Shown: positions 53,528 through 64,000, numbered from the stretch's first letter. The stretch is 64,000 bases of DNA from Gammaproteobacteria bacterium (GCA_024224415.1 JAAENK010000087.1:356-64355), one strand, 5' to 3'. Numbers and translations: made by a program. The notes: generated from the letters alone by a model not told the origin.

Positions 53528-54658
53528 ATGATCGTTTCCAGCCAGTTCGATGCTGGCAATATTGAATGTATAGACTGCAGCGATGCGCAGAATATTGTGC
53601 TGCGCATACGCCAGGATAATGAATCGGAGTTTTATCAGTGGTTTTATTTTCGCGCCGCCAATGCCAGGAATATAGATTGCCGTTATGTAATATCCAACGC
53701 CGATGGAGCAGCCTACTCAGGCGGCTGGAAAGACTACCGTGCGGTAGCATCTTATGATCGTGAGTACTGGTTTCGAGTAGATACTGAATTCGACGGCAAG
53801 CAGTTAGTCATCAAACATAACAGCGCTTACGATCAGGCTTACTTTGCCTATTTTGCGCCCTATTCTATGGAACGCCACGCCGACCTGATCGCGCTGGCGC
53901 AAAGCTCACACTTTTGCCAGGTCGAAACCCTGGGTGAAACTCTCGATGACCAGACCATCGATTGTCTGCGATTCGGCGAGCCTGATAACAGGCGCAAGGT
54001 GATCTGGCTGGTAGCGAGGCAACACCCTGGCGAATCTATGGCTGAATGGTGGATGGAAGGTTTGATCAACCGCTTGCTCGACGATAATGATCCGGTAGTG
54101 CTGGATCTGTTACACAAAGCCGTCATCTATCTGGTGCCTAACATGAATCCAGACGGTAGTCGACGCGGCCATTTACGCACCAACGCCTGTGGCGCTAATC
54201 TCAACCGCGAATGGCGGGAGCCGACCCTGGCGCGCAGCCCGGAGGTGTACCATGTGCTCGAAAAAATAAAATCTACCGGTCTTGATTTTGGGCTAGACGT
54301 GCATGGTGACGAGGCGCTGCCCTACAACTTCATTGCTGGTACTGAAGGTATACCGAGCTGGAATGAAATGCGTCAGCAAAAGCTCGATTTATACAGATAT
54401 ACCCTGGCAAATTTAAATCCGGACTTTCAAGCCACTCATGGTTACCCACAGAATGGCCCGGGGCAGGCGAATATGAACTATTGTTCGAATTCATTGGCCG
54501 AACTGTTCGGTGCGCCGGTAATGACGTTGGAAATGCCGTTTAAAGATGCTTCCGATACCCCGGACCTGGTCCAGGGCTGGAGCCCTGAACGCTGCATGAA
54601 ACTGGCCAGCAGTTGTTTGGATGCGTTGCATTTGTGTTGGGATGAGATAGTTTCGTAG
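53528..54658 (+). CDS. M14-family zinc carboxypeptidase, bacterial cytosolic-carboxypeptidase-like (N-domain plus CP domain)
   Basis: 376 aa. VARQHPGESMAEWWMEGL is the HxxE zinc motif context. NPDG, NLNREW and DVHGDE are also present. Confidence 0.8.
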   Translation: MIVSSQFDAGNIECIDCSDAQNIVLRIRQDNESEFYQWFYFRAANARNIDCRYVISNADGAAYSGGWKDYRAVASYDREYWFRVDTEFDGKQLVIKHNSAYDQAYFAYFAPYSMERHADLIALAQSSHFCQVETLGETLDDQTIDCLRFGEPDNRRKVIWLVARQHPGESMAEWWMEGLINRLLDDNDPVVLDLLHKAVIYLVPNMNPDGSRRGHLRTNACGANLNREWREPTLARSPEVYHVLEKIKSTGLDFGLDVHGDEALPYNFIAGTEGIPSWNEMRQQKLDLYRYTLANLNPDFQATHGYPQNGPGQANMNYCSNSLAELFGAPVMTLEMPFKDASDTPDLVQGWSPERCMKLASSCLDALHLCWDEIVS

Positions 54659-54712
54659 CGGCGAGATTTATCGCGCCCATTCTGGGCCGTGGGATAAAGC
54701 GGGCGCGATAAA

Positions 54713-55774
54713 TCACGCCCCTACGGGTATGTCGACCCCAAACCTTTCAGCCCATGGTTTTAGGTCCTGCATAATATTCGGATACAACTCTACGCCATTC
54801 TCCATTTGATCCGCTCTGCTTTTCCATGCGCGTTGGCCGGGTACGCGTACAGCTTCATCCTCAGGCCTGTGCCTGCTGTTTTCACTGAGTCCTTTTATCG
54901 CCTGAATCTGTTGTAAATAATCCTGTTCCGCGCCGAAGGCTGCCGGGTTAAACATCTGGATAAAAACCGAATTAGCTTCACCATCGCTTTTGGCGCTATC
55001 GTTAGCGCGACCATAACCGCCCAGCGCCATGCTCAGAATTTCGGTCATAATTGTTAAAGCATAGCCCTTGTAGCCATGCGACTCTCCACCGATGGGTAGA
55101 ATGCTGCCTGGGGGAGTGGCAAAGAGTGCTGCCGGGTCGTCGGTGATGTTGCCATCACTATCTTTGAGGAAATTCCCGGGTAATGTTGTGCCCTCGCGTA
55201 AAGCGCGGGTTACATAGCCGCCTGCAGTGATGCACATGCTGATATCAAATAACACGGGGTAATCAGCGGCGGGAGCAACGAAAGCTAAGGGATTGGCTGA
55301 AAATAGAGGCTCGATACCGCCATATGCGCAAACACTATTTTCATTTGGGGATGAACAGGTAATCAGCGCCAGATAACCAGCCTCAGCAATTACCGGGCAA
55401 TAAGCGCCCAGGCAGGCAATGTGTTGGCTTCGTCGGATTGTGGCCGAAACTATGCCTGCGCTAGCGACTTTATCCATGCATTTTTCAATGGCCTGGCTGA
55501 CGACCCAGGGACCAGGCAGAAAATTTGCGTCCCAATTGAACAGGTTGCTGGTTTCGACGAGAACTTCTGGTTCACCCTCTAACTGCGACGTTCCATCCAG
55601 CAACCATCCCAGATTATGCGGGATACGGTTCATGCCATGTGTACTAAAGCCGAGCAGGTCGGCTTCAAGGAATACCGAGGCCATAGTACTGGCACGATCA
55701 TGGGCCAGACCAGCTGCTTCGAATAGAGCGCTGCCGAACTCCAGTAAATCGCTAAAATCATATCGTTGGGACAT
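54713..55774 (-). CDS. Ldh_2 family (malate/L-lactate/ureidoglycolate dehydrogenase type 2) oxidoreductase
   Basis: 353 aa. GFSTHGMNRIP, SQHIACLGAY and GESHGYKGYAL are blocks typical of the family. Confidence 0.78.
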   Translation of the reverse strand: MSQRYDFSDLLEFGSALFEAAGLAHDRASTMASVFLEADLLGFSTHGMNRIPHNLGWLLDGTSQLEGEPEVLVETSNLFNWDANFLPGPWVVSQAIEKCMDKVASAGIVSATIRRSQHIACLGAYCPVIAEAGYLALITCSSPNENSVCAYGGIEPLFSANPLAFVAPAADYPVLFDISMCITAGGYVTRALREGTTLPGNFLKDSDGNITDDPAALFATPPGSILPIGGESHGYKGYALTIMTEILSMALGGYGRANDSAKSDGEANSVFIQMFNPAAFGAEQDYLQQIQAIKGLSENSRHRPEDEAVRVPGQRAWKSRADQMENGVELYPNIMQDLKPWAERFGVDIPVGA

Positions 55775-55920
55775 AGTCTGTCATTCTATATTCAAATACA
55801 AAATATGCGAATAAAACATGCAAGTTGTTGGATAAACCGGTACACTGCGCCACCCTTCGGTATTGGCGTCCCGTTCTTCGACCGAAGGATTTCTAATCTC
55901 TTCCGATACCAGGTACTCAA

Positions 55921-57723
55921 ATGACTTCGGCCACCGTCACCGCGTTCGACCAGCTCGCGTTAAATAAGAATATTTTAAAAGTGCTTGATGAGGTTGGTTA
56001 TGAAACGCCGTCGCCAATCCAGGCACAAACCATACCGCTCATGCTTGAAGGCAAAGATCTGGTCGGCCAGGCGCAGACCGGTACCGGTAAAACCGCCGCA
56101 TTTGCATTGCCCATATTGTCGAATCTGGACTTAAAGCAAAAACAACCGCAGGTACTGGTATTGGCGCCCACCCGTGAGCTGGCCATTCAGGTTGCCGAAG
56201 CATTCCAGAAATACGCCACCCACCTGAAAGGTTTTCATGTCTTGCCGGTTTATGGCGGACAGGATTACCGCACACAGATACGCGCGCTAGAGCGCGGCGT
56301 ACATGTTGTGGTCGGTACACCCGGGCGGGTTATGGATCATATGCGCAAGGGTAAATTGAATCTGGACAAGCTCACCACGCTAGTGCTCGATGAAGCCGAT
56401 GAAATGCTGCGCATGGGTTTCATCGACGACGTTGAATGGGTACTGGAGCAGTCACCCGACGATCGCCAGATTGCACTTTTTTCGGCCACTATGCCAGACC
56501 AAATCCGCCGGATTGCTAACAGGCATTTAAATAAACCAGCTGAAGTCACCATCAAACTAAAAACTATGACAGCCGAGACAATACGTCAGCGTTTCTGGCC
56601 TGTGGGTGGCGTGCATAAACTGGATGCATTAACGCGCATTCTTGAAGCCGAAAGTTTCGACGCGATGCTGGTCTTCGTGCGCACCAAAACATCGACCATT
56701 GAACTAGCCGAAAAACTCGAAGCACGAGGCTTTGCCTCGGCAGCTCTGAATGGTGACATCCAGCAGAAGCAGCGCGAACGTACCGTTGAGAATCTCAAAA
56801 AAGGCAAACTCGATATACTGGTCGCCACTGACGTAGCGGCGCGTGGACTAGATGTCGAACGCATTAGCCATGTCGTCAATTACGATATACCCTACGATAC
56901 TGAAGCTTATGTTCATCGTATCGGTCGGACTGGCAGGGCCGGCCGTGAAGGAGATGCAATTTTGTTTGTTGCACCTCGTGAGAGGCGTATGTTGCAGGCC
57001 ATTGAAAGGGCAACGCACAAGAAAATCGAGATGATGGAATTGCCATCTACCGACTTGATTAATAATCGCCGTATTGAAAAATTCAAACAGCGTATTACCG
57101 ATACACTAGCAGACAAGCAGCTCGGGTTATTCAAGGATTTGGTTGAACAATATCAGCTGGAACATGAAACACCAATTGCAGAGATTGCTGCCGCACTGGC
57201 AAAAATGATTCAGGGCGAAGCACCATTTTTATTACAAAACAAACCAAATCGTAAAGCTCCCGACAAATCCTGGGATCGGGATGAATACAAACGGGATAAT
57301 TACAAGGAGGATCGTAAACCACGTCGTGAACGAGGTGAGCGTGATCGTGCACCAGAGCAGGGTATGCAACGTTTTCGTATCGAAGTGGGTCATGATCATA
57401 AAGTGAAGCCTGGCAATATCGTTGGTGCCATTGCCAACGAAGCCGATATCGAAAGTAAATATATCGGGCGAATTAATATTTTCGATGATCATAGTCTGGT
57501 CGATTTACCAGAAGGCATGCCAAAGGAATTGCTCAAAGCATTGAAGAAAACTCGTGTTATGGGGCAAGCTTTACAGATTGCGCCATTGGGTAAAGAACGA
57601 TCCGGGTCTGCCTCAAAAGAGGAGAAGCCGAGGAAAGAAAAACCACAAAAAACCAGGGTGAAAAAGCGTGCCCGTGATAAGGACAAAGGCAAGCCAAAAA
57701 GGGCGAGGAACAAGGAGCGTTAA
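55921..57723 (+). CDS. deaD: DEAD-box ATP-dependent RNA helicase DeaD/CsdA
   Basis: Q-motif, AQTGTGKTAAF, PTRELA, DEAD, SAT and HRIGRTGRAG are all present. The DbpA-like C-terminal domain and basic tail fit a 600-aa DeaD. Confidence 0.92.
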   Translation: MTSATVTAFDQLALNKNILKVLDEVGYETPSPIQAQTIPLMLEGKDLVGQAQTGTGKTAAFALPILSNLDLKQKQPQVLVLAPTRELAIQVAEAFQKYATHLKGFHVLPVYGGQDYRTQIRALERGVHVVVGTPGRVMDHMRKGKLNLDKLTTLVLDEADEMLRMGFIDDVEWVLEQSPDDRQIALFSATMPDQIRRIANRHLNKPAEVTIKLKTMTAETIRQRFWPVGGVHKLDALTRILEAESFDAMLVFVRTKTSTIELAEKLEARGFASAALNGDIQQKQRERTVENLKKGKLDILVATDVAARGLDVERISHVVNYDIPYDTEAYVHRIGRTGRAGREGDAILFVAPRERRMLQAIERATHKKIEMMELPSTDLINNRRIEKFKQRITDTLADKQLGLFKDLVEQYQLEHETPIAEIAAALAKMIQGEAPFLLQNKPNRKAPDKSWDRDEYKRDNYKEDRKPRRERGERDRAPEQGMQRFRIEVGHDHKVKPGNIVGAIANEADIESKYIGRINIFDDHSLVDLPEGMPKELLKALKKTRVMGQALQIAPLGKERSGSASKEEKPRKEKPQKTRVKKRARDKDKGKPKRARNKER

Positions 57724-57794
57724 TATGTAATAGCTCAAACTCGATCTGACAAAATATCAATTTTGATACTAATTAATCTGACAACCTCTATGTC

Positions 57795-57980
57795 TCAGAT
57801 GTTGATAAAGCTGCCTTTCAGCATGACAGAGTGTACCACTTGTTTGATATTTCGGTTGATCTCATAGGCGACTGCACTTTGCTCCTCGACAGCGACTGCC
57901 ACCTGGATACTCATGTCACTAATATTACCCATAGCATCAATAATTTTACTTTTGTGGATTAACTTGACATTAGTACCAGG
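57795..57980 (-). pseudogene. Relic of a methyl-accepting chemotaxis protein signalling-domain C-terminus
   Basis: Reverse translation gives SKIIDAMGNISDMSIQVAVAVEEQSAVAYEINRNIKQVVHSV. This matches the MCP pattern I.DIM.EI..AS.EQS.GI.Q(V/I)N.A(V/I)..(M/L). It is bounded by an in-frame TAA upstream, and no N-terminal part is present. Confidence 0.5.
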
Positions 57981-58210
57981 TTAAGCAATCTGACCCTGGT
58001 TAAAAATAAACGACTGACTGATCTCTACATGCGAAAGGTTATTTACCTACACCAAAACGAATGATGGGTATATATACAAACTGACGACGACGAAAAGCAT
58101 TCTTGAGTCTAAAACGGCGTCAGTATCAATTAGCGGTGATTATTATCAGGCGTGGGCACGACTTTTACGATAACGACTCTTTGGCTAATTACATCCCCCA
58201 TTTAAAGCAC

Positions 58211-59623
58211 CTACTCCAGCGCCAGATAATTATCTATACCCCTGATACGGTCTTCTGGATGATGATTAACATAAATCACCGAGGTTTCACTACCAGCACA
58301 TATTTTCTCGATGAGTGCCAGCACCAGTTGCCGATTCATGTCGTCCAGTCCTAAGCATGGCTCATCTAGTATCAATAGCGGAGGGTGTTTTACCATTGCC
58401 CGGGCGATCAACAGTAGGCGTTGGTCGCCGTAGGAAAATTTATTAAAAGGCTGGTCTGCTCGTTCGCTCATGCCTAGCAGTGCTAGCCATTGATCGGCGA
58501 TCAGACGTTGTTTATCAGTGCATTTACTATACAGGCCGATGCTATCGTAGAAACCGGAAATTATGACGTTACGCAGGCTGGTTCCGACCCGATATTCCCA
58601 CTGCAGTGCGGTAGAGACATAACCGATAAATTGTTTAATTTGCCAGATACTTTCGCCGTTACCACGCTGATAACCAAACACGACTATATCGTTAACATAG
58701 CATTGTGGATGATCACCCGTAATGAGTGAAAGCAGGGCTGTTTTACCACTACCATTCGGCCCACTAAGTTGCCAGTGCTGATTTGCTTCGATGCACCAGT
58801 CGAGTTTATCAAGCAGCGTGAAATCACCATATTTGATGCTGATACCGTTTAGTTGTACTAGTGGTTGCTGGCGATCAAGATGTGGAATAACGGTTTCCGG
58901 GTCCACCGAAGGCAGGTCGAGATCGGTAGTTTTAAGGTGCAGCAACTGATATAGCTCTGCGTAAGATTTATCATCGTCGCGTCGTACCTGGTGCAATAAC
59001 TGTCCCTGATCAACATAGGCAACATGACTGATAAAGTCCGGGATTTGATCGAATCGATTTAACACCATGACCATCGTTACGTTATCGATCAATGTCGGCA
59101 GGTAATGTTCCAACATCGATAGGGTCGCGGTATCCATCCCTTCGAATACTTCGTCGAGTATTAGAAAATCGGCTTTGCTGGAGAGCGCACGAATCAAAAT
59201 TACTTTGCGTGACTCGCCGGTAGAAAGCTTCCTGAACGCCCTGTCGAGCAGGTAGTCGAGTTCGAAGCGAGCAATTAGATCGAGTGCTGTTTCTGGATCG
59301 GCACAATCGTCGAAAATTATTTTGTGTACCGGGGTGCCTTCGGAGATGACATCGAGAATATCGGCGTCATCTTTCTTAAGCTCAGCCGCGATGAGATCGG
59401 CCTGTGCCTCGAAGGACACTACGCCGACCCGCGCGGGTAAATTTTCGATACCGCCCGACCGACAATCACCGGCACCCGTCAGCACAGCGGCCAGCGCGGA
59501 TTTACCGGCACCGTTTGTACCGGTAATAACCCAATGTTGCCCCGCTTCGATTTGCCAGTTGATTTGGCTGAGCCGAAAGCCCTGGTCAAACTCAACGGTC
59601 AGGTTGTCGAGGCGAACCGTCAT
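58211..59623 (-). CDS. modF: Two-domain ABC ATPase ModF (molybdate-transport-related)
   Basis: 470 aa, collinear with E. coli ModF (GTNGAGKSALA, LSTGE.RK..L..AL, LVLNRFDEIPEF-type block, GPNGSGKTALLSLITGDHPQ, ETIWQIKQFIGYVS, SYGDQRLLLIARALVKHPPLLILDEP). Confidence 0.85.
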   Translation of the reverse strand: MTVRLDNLTVEFDQGFRLSQINWQIEAGQHWVITGTNGAGKSALAAVLTGAGDCRSGGIENLPARVGVVSFEAQADLIAAELKKDDADILDVISEGTPVHKIIFDDCADPETALDLIARFELDYLLDRAFRKLSTGESRKVILIRALSSKADFLILDEVFEGMDTATLSMLEHYLPTLIDNVTMVMVLNRFDQIPDFISHVAYVDQGQLLHQVRRDDDKSYAELYQLLHLKTTDLDLPSVDPETVIPHLDRQQPLVQLNGISIKYGDFTLLDKLDWCIEANQHWQLSGPNGSGKTALLSLITGDHPQCYVNDIVVFGYQRGNGESIWQIKQFIGYVSTALQWEYRVGTSLRNVIISGFYDSIGLYSKCTDKQRLIADQWLALLGMSERADQPFNKFSYGDQRLLLIARAMVKHPPLLILDEPCLGLDDMNRQLVLALIEKICAGSETSVIYVNHHPEDRIRGIDNYLALE

Positions 59624-59646
59624 ACGCTGACTGCGATCTTTGCCGC

Positions 59647-61122
59647 CTATACTATTTTCTTCATATCAGCCATATGACCGCGAAGAGTTGCACCGATTTC
59701 TTCAACTGGATGGCGACGCAGAGCGGTATTTACTTCGATTAAGCGTGCGTTATCGACGCTATTGTCGTCGTTGTTGAGGCCATGACCAATGACATCAGAC
59801 TTGATACCTTTCATAAAGTCGGCGAGTAACGGTATACAGGCATGGTTGAACAAATAACAACCGTATTCGGCCGTATCCGAAATGGTCGCATTCATTTCGT
59901 AGAGCTTCTTGCGTGCGACGGTATTCGCGATCAACGGCGTTTCATGCAGTGACTCGTAATAGGCCGAGTCGGCGATAATGCCCGCAGCTGTCATGGTCTC
60001 GAAAGCGAGTTCAACGCCTGCTTTAACCATCGCAATCATCAAGATGCCATTGTCAAAGTATTCCTGCTCAGAAATTTCCATCTCACCGGCAGGGGTTTTC
60101 TCGAAAGGTGTTTCGGCGGTATCGGCACGCCAGCCCAGTAATTCTTTATCGTCGTTAGCCCAGTCGGCCATCATAGTGCTGGAAAAATGCCCCGTCATGA
60201 TGTCATCCTGATGCTTATTGTATAGAGTACGCATAAGCACTTTGAGTTCTTCTGATAGATCGAAGGCTTTGATCTTGGCTGGATTAGAGAGACGGTCTAG
60301 CATGTTAGTCACACCGCCGTATTTCAGTGCTTCCGTAACCGTTTCCCAACCAAATTGAATCAGTTTGGAAGCATATCCCGCATCGACACCTTCTTCGATC
60401 ATCTTGTCGAAACACAGTAGCGAGCCCGTCTGTAACATGCCGCAGAGAATGGTTTGCTCACCCATTAAATCGGATTTAACTTCGGCGATGAAAGATGACA
60501 TCAAAACGCCTGCCTTGTGACCACCCGTTCCAAATGCATAAGCTTTCGCTAGCGCCAGGCCTTCGCCTTTGGGGTCGTTATCTTCGTGAACCGCGATTAG
60601 TGTCGGTACACCAAAACCACGAACATACTCGGCGCGTACTTCAGAGCCCGGGCACTTGGGCGCAACCATGATGACAGTAAGGTCGTTGCGAATTTTCATA
60701 CCTTCTTCGACGATATTAAAACCGTGAGAATATGACAGACAGGCGCCGTTTTTCATCAATGGCATAATCGTATTTACCACCGAGGTGTGCTGCTTATCCG
60801 GGGTCAGGTTGAGAACTACATCGGCAGTCGGAATCAATTCTTCGTAAGTACCAACGGTAAAGCCATTTTCAGTGGCATTTTTCCAGGACTGGCGTTGCTC
60901 GTCGATAGCCGCCTGGCGCAGCGTGTAAGAAACATCGAGGCCACTATCACGCAGATTCAAACCCTGATTTAAGCCCTGGGCACCACAACCGATGACGACC
61001 ATTTTTTTACCTTTCAGCGCAGAAACGCCATCGGGAAATTCTGAAATATGCATGAAACGGCACTTGGCCAGCTCGGCAAGCTGCACACGTAACGGCAGCG
61101 TATTGAAATAGTTGTTAGACAT
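59647..61122 (-). CDS. ilvC: Ketol-acid reductoisomerase, class II long form
   Basis: 491 aa. [14 protein letters not shown], the [17 protein letters not shown] Rossmann motif and a duplicated knotted domain are present. Confidence 0.96.
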   Translation of the reverse strand: MSNNYFNTLPLRVQLAELAKCRFMHISEFPDGVSALKGKKMVVIGCGAQGLNQGLNLRDSGLDVSYTLRQAAIDEQRQSWKNATENGFTVGTYEELIPTADVVLNLTPDKQHTSVVNTIMPLMKNGACLSYSHGFNIVEEGMKIRNDLTVIMVAPKCPGSEVRAEYVRGFGVPTLIAVHEDNDPKGEGLALAKAYAFGTGGHKAGVLMSSFIAEVKSDLMGEQTILCGMLQTGSLLCFDKMIEEGVDAGYASKLIQFGWETVTEALKYGGVTNMLDRLSNPAKIKAFDLSEELKVLMRTLYNKHQDDIMTGHFSSTMMADWANDDKELLGWRADTAETPFEKTPAGEMEISEQEYFDNGILMIAMVKAGVELAFETMTAAGIIADSAYYESLHETPLIANTVARKKLYEMNATISDTAEYGCYLFNHACIPLLADFMKGIKSDVIGHGLNNDDNSVDNARLIEVNTALRRHPVEEIGATLRGHMADMKKIV

Positions 61123-61198
61123 AATAGAGTTTCCGTAGGGTTAGGGCTGAAATTTTAGTCGCGATACTTTAACTAATCTAGAATCTTTCGTAAATCGA

Positions 61199-61236
61199 TA
61201 TATATGCAACTTTATGTGCCGAATTATGCAATATTA
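61199..61236. promoter_or_regulatory. Candidate IlvY operator / divergent ilvC-ilvY promoter region
   Basis: Two TATGCAA repeats about 2 helical turns apart (atatATGCAActttatgtgccgaattATGCAAtatt) lie between the divergent ilvC and ilvY. LysR autoregulation at such sites is established for E. coli IlvY. Confidence 0.3.
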
Positions 61237-61250
61237 GATACAATTCCCAA

Positions 61251-62138
61251 ATGGACATACGCACCCTGAAGAACTTCCTGACACTCGCAGACAATTTGCA
61301 TTTCGGCCGTACCAGCGCGGCCTGCCATATCAGCCCGTCGGCTCTGTCACGCAATATTAAACAACTAGAGGGTGAGCTCGGGGTAATTTTGTTCAAACGC
61401 GATAATCGCTCGGTAGTGCTCACCGAGCAGGGCTACAAATTCCAGCAATACGCACGAGAGGCCGTTTCACATTGGGTTCAGATACGCAATCAGTTATCGG
61501 ATGATTCGGATTCGCTCCACGGTGAAATTAGGCTGTACTGCTCGGTGACAGCCGTTTACAGCCTGCTTTTTGATTTACTCAATCGATTTCGTCACGATTT
61601 TTCCGGCATCGAAATTAAGCTACACACCGGCGACCCCGAGCACGCTATTTCTCGAGTCATCGCCGAAAAGGAAGATATCAGCATTGCCGCCCATCCACGC
61701 TCACTACCCAGAGGGTTGGCGTTTAAACCCATCACAGTCTCACCATTGGTATTTATTGGCCCGGCAGAACAAAGCGATTTAGAAGTGCCTGTCGTGCCGC
61801 CAGAATCTTCCGCCCACTGGGCAAAGGTTCCTATGATTCTGGCAGAAGGTGGTATTGCCCGAAATAGAATCGACTCCTGGTTTCGCAATATCGACGTTAA
61901 ACCATGGATTTATGCCCAGGTGGCGGGTAACGAAGCTATTGTCAGCATGGTGAGTCTCGGACTAGGTATCGGTATCGTGCCGGCCATCGTGCTAGAACAC
62001 AGCCCGATGTGTGATCGCATCCAGATACTAGATGTACAACCTACGCTAGACCCTTACAACATTGGTTTATTTGCTTTGAAAAAAAACCTGAAGAATCCGC
62101 TAGTCAATGCGTTCTGGTCACTGGTCACTAATCAATGA
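61251..62138 (+). CDS. ilvY: LysR-family transcriptional activator IlvY
   Basis: MDIRTLKNFLTLADNLHFGRTSAACHISPSALSRNIKQLE is the LysR HTH. The gene is divergent from ilvC, as in enterobacteria. Confidence 0.85.
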   Translation: MDIRTLKNFLTLADNLHFGRTSAACHISPSALSRNIKQLEGELGVILFKRDNRSVVLTEQGYKFQQYAREAVSHWVQIRNQLSDDSDSLHGEIRLYCSVTAVYSLLFDLLNRFRHDFSGIEIKLHTGDPEHAISRVIAEKEDISIAAHPRSLPRGLAFKPITVSPLVFIGPAEQSDLEVPVVPPESSAHWAKVPMILAEGGIARNRIDSWFRNIDVKPWIYAQVAGNEAIVSMVSLGLGIGIVPAIVLEHSPMCDRIQILDVQPTLDPYNIGLFALKKNLKNPLVNAFWSLVTNQ

Positions 62139-63041
62139 TACTTGCCTGATCTGATCCAGCATAGCGTCATTAGCCGGTGTCGCAATACCCTGTTGCCTGG
62201 CCTGCTCGCAGAGAAAGCCATTAATAAACTCGATTTCTGTTTGCCGCTGGTGAACTACATCCTGTTGCATCGATGAATAATTCGTAGCGGTGACAGTAGC
62301 AACCTCGATAACCTTGTTTATCAACGGGGTTTCGAATAGGGGAATTTTTTGAGCCATCGCTACCTGCTCAACTTCCTCACAGACTAGCCTCATTTGTCGA
62401 AAGCATTCTGAATTGCTCAGCACCTCACCATTTTTACAGTTGTATATTGCAGTGAGCGGATTGATAGCACAATTAATCGCAAGTTTCTGCCAAAGCCTGG
62501 GAATAATTAGTGGCTGGTGATGCAGAGCTGGCAGACATTTAAGATATTGGTATAAACTGTCTTGTTGAGAACAGGATAACGAGCCGATCCAGATTTCGCC
62601 TTCACCCGCCTGGACGACATGGAAGTCCGACATGCGGTAAGCACCATCGGTGGTACTACCCGCCCATAGTTCAAGTTCAGGGTGCAGCTCCAATAATCGC
62701 TGTTGAGGACCGAGACCATTGTGTAACAACAGTACTTTAGTATTGGGCGAAAACCGAATTTTCACACTTTCGAATGCACTTTCTACATCGTAGGCTTTAG
62801 TGGTAATCAATAGATTAGATATTATTGACGCAGAACCCGGTAGTTCTGCATTGACCGGGAAGTGCTCACCCCCACGGCGAATTGTCGGCTCGCGCAAAAG
62901 TTGTTCCAGCTTATCTTGATTACGCAATATTAAAGTAACTCGATAACCCACCAGGCTTAGTTTTGCCGCCCAGAGTAACCCAATCGAGCCTGCGCCTAGA
63001 ATGTGCCAATGCATTTTTGTGTCTACTTTTTCGGTACTCAT
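62118..63041 (-). CDS. panE: 2-dehydropantoate 2-reductase (ApbA/PanE family)
   Basis: HILGAGSIGLLWAAKL Rossmann motif, ApbA C-terminal domain (NPLTAIYNCKNG, SMQQD) and a length of 307 aa. Its 3' end overlaps the ilvY 3' end by 21 nt (convergent). Confidence 0.8.
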   Translation of the reverse strand: MSTEKVDTKMHWHILGAGSIGLLWAAKLSLVGYRVTLILRNQDKLEQLLREPTIRRGGEHFPVNAELPGSASIISNLLITTKAYDVESAFESVKIRFSPNTKVLLLHNGLGPQQRLLELHPELELWAGSTTDGAYRMSDFHVVQAGEGEIWIGSLSCSQQDSLYQYLKCLPALHHQPLIIPRLWQKLAINCAINPLTAIYNCKNGEVLSNSECFRQMRLVCEEVEQVAMAQKIPLFETPLINKVIEVATVTATNYSSMQQDVVHQRQTEIEFINGFLCEQARQQGIATPANDAMLDQIRQVSLISDQ

Positions 63042-63201
63042 CGGTCAATATAGTTTACACATGCGAACGGCTGGTGTGTGCCGATTTCAGCTATTAGAAG
63101 TTAATGCCCTGAACGCCTGCTTTTTAACAAACCGGACGAACTGTACGATTTGATCGTACTCTTTGATAGGTATATGTAAGATTGAGTTTGAGCTACTACG
63201 G

Positions 63202-64000
63202 TTAATAATACCAGACAAGCTGTGCAAACAATGACTCATCGGCACTGCCGAATTCTGAATCTGTGTTACCAGATGGCAGATTGAAGGCAATTAACAATTG
63301 CAGGTTTTGCGATAAGTCGTGCTGGCTGATTATTTGTAGTAACTTCGAATCATCGTCGAGGTTGTCAAACAGAGTCGAGGTTAAAAGCCACAACGGTGTC
63401 AGTTCTATTGTTGCCGAAGCGGACAGATAATGTTTACCCAACGTAAATAGCTCGCCACGCTCGATGCGGCTAAGTAATTCGGTATTTGTACTCAAATTTG
63501 ACAGACTGTAATCACCGTTATCGATACCAAATCCATTGCGATAAATTTCGAAAAAACCACTCATGTTTTTACCCCAGGCTATCCAGGAATAAGACGCGTT
63601 TAATGTCGTGCTTAAACTGCTTTGATTGTCGACTTCGGTGCCGACGATATCGCCGCGCCAGATCGAACCGCCGACATTGGTCAGACCTCCGATACCGATG
63701 ACTGGTTGATCAAAATGCCTGGCTACGAGCAGGTCAATTTCGTAATCGTTGAGAAACATGTGATACTTCACCGCCAGTGAAGCCACTCGTTGGTTACTGC
63801 TACCTTCGTCATCGCGACGCCCAACCCATACTGCCTGCAGGTCGTCACCGCTATCGAATGAGTATTGACTATAAAACATATCGCCGCCAGTCTTGTACTC
63901 CTTATCGAGGGTTGCAGGGTCGAAGGGGTTGAAGAAATCCATCGGTGTATAGATCAGCCCGTTACCCCAGGATACCGCCTGTCGACCGAATCGAAAAACT
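63202..64000 (-). CDS. Putative outer-membrane beta-barrel protein; the N-terminus runs off the window end
   Basis: The frame stays open upstream of the track Met (..SFRFGRQAVSWGNGLIYTPMDFFNPFDP..). The protein is beta-strand-rich and Gly/Asp/Ser-rich, and ends ..LVWYY, an aromatic terminus typical of OMPs. Confidence 0.45.
   Translation of the reverse strand, partial: VFRFGRQAVSWGNGLIYTPMDFFNPFDPATLDKEYKTGGDMFYSQYSFDSGDDLQAVWVGRRDDEGSSNQRVASLAVKYHMFLNDYEIDLLVARHFDQPVIGIGGLTNVGGSIWRGDIVGTEVDNQSSLSTTLNASYSWIAWGKNMSGFFEIYRNGFGIDNGDYSLSNLSTNTELLSRIERGELFTLGKHYLSASATIELTPLWLLTSTLFDNLDDDSKLLQIISQHDLSQNLQLLIAFNLPSGNTDSEFGSADESLFAQLVWYY

Noticed and set aside
1-64000. A search for tRNA, rRNA, tmRNA, integrase, att-site or prophage signatures, and for known defence-system genes.
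   Set aside because: By eye I found no cloverleaf-like GTTCGAATC arms in non-coding DNA, no integrase or recombinase ORFs, and no nuclease, helicase or methylase clusters beyond the housekeeping recQ and deaD. tRNAscan or Infernal and DefenseFinder or PADLOC runs would be needed to confirm their absence.

Overview
This 64-kb window is from a gammaproteobacterial chromosome. Housekeeping genes sit at both ends and in scattered blocks: mpl, glyQ-glyS-gmhB-plsC, yheS, recQ, pgi, moaA-fdhD, bolA, deaD, modF, ilvC/ilvY and panE. I saw no rRNA, tRNA, CRISPR array, prophage or recognisable defence system.

The centre, roughly 11.5-43.5 kb, is an accessory catabolic stretch for methylated amines, amides and aldehydes. 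It has four parts:
1. A tightly packed minus-strand operon: AruI-like ThDP decarboxylase, soxB-soxD-soxA-soxG, a DMGDH-type dehydrogenase and a non-pyrrolysine MttB methyltransferase, followed by a MocR-type regulator gene.
2. A cassette with a two-subunit N,N-dimethylformamidase homolog, an atypical M24 creatinase-like hydrolase, a class IV aminotransferase and a C45 (Ntn) acyltransferase-like gene.
3. A three-subunit AorABC-type tungsten aldehyde oxidoreductase. An acyl-CoA synthetase and RidA are transcribed divergently from it, and a GFA-family gene lies downstream.
4. A BtuFCD/Fec-type importer.

The window also holds at least six gene relics missing from the ORF track: a C45 paralog fragment, an ISL3-like transposase tail, an internally deleted luciferase-like monooxygenase, an IS3 orfA stub fused to ridA, a duplicated 5' end of a nitrilase-family gene, and a chemoreceptor fragment. 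These point to repeated insertion and deletion.

The best candidates for undescribed biology are the ThDP-Sox-DMGDH-MttB operon and the DMFase-like cassette. A shared TTGTAACTGT motif may link them. All functional calls rest on by-eye motif recognition, with no database search.
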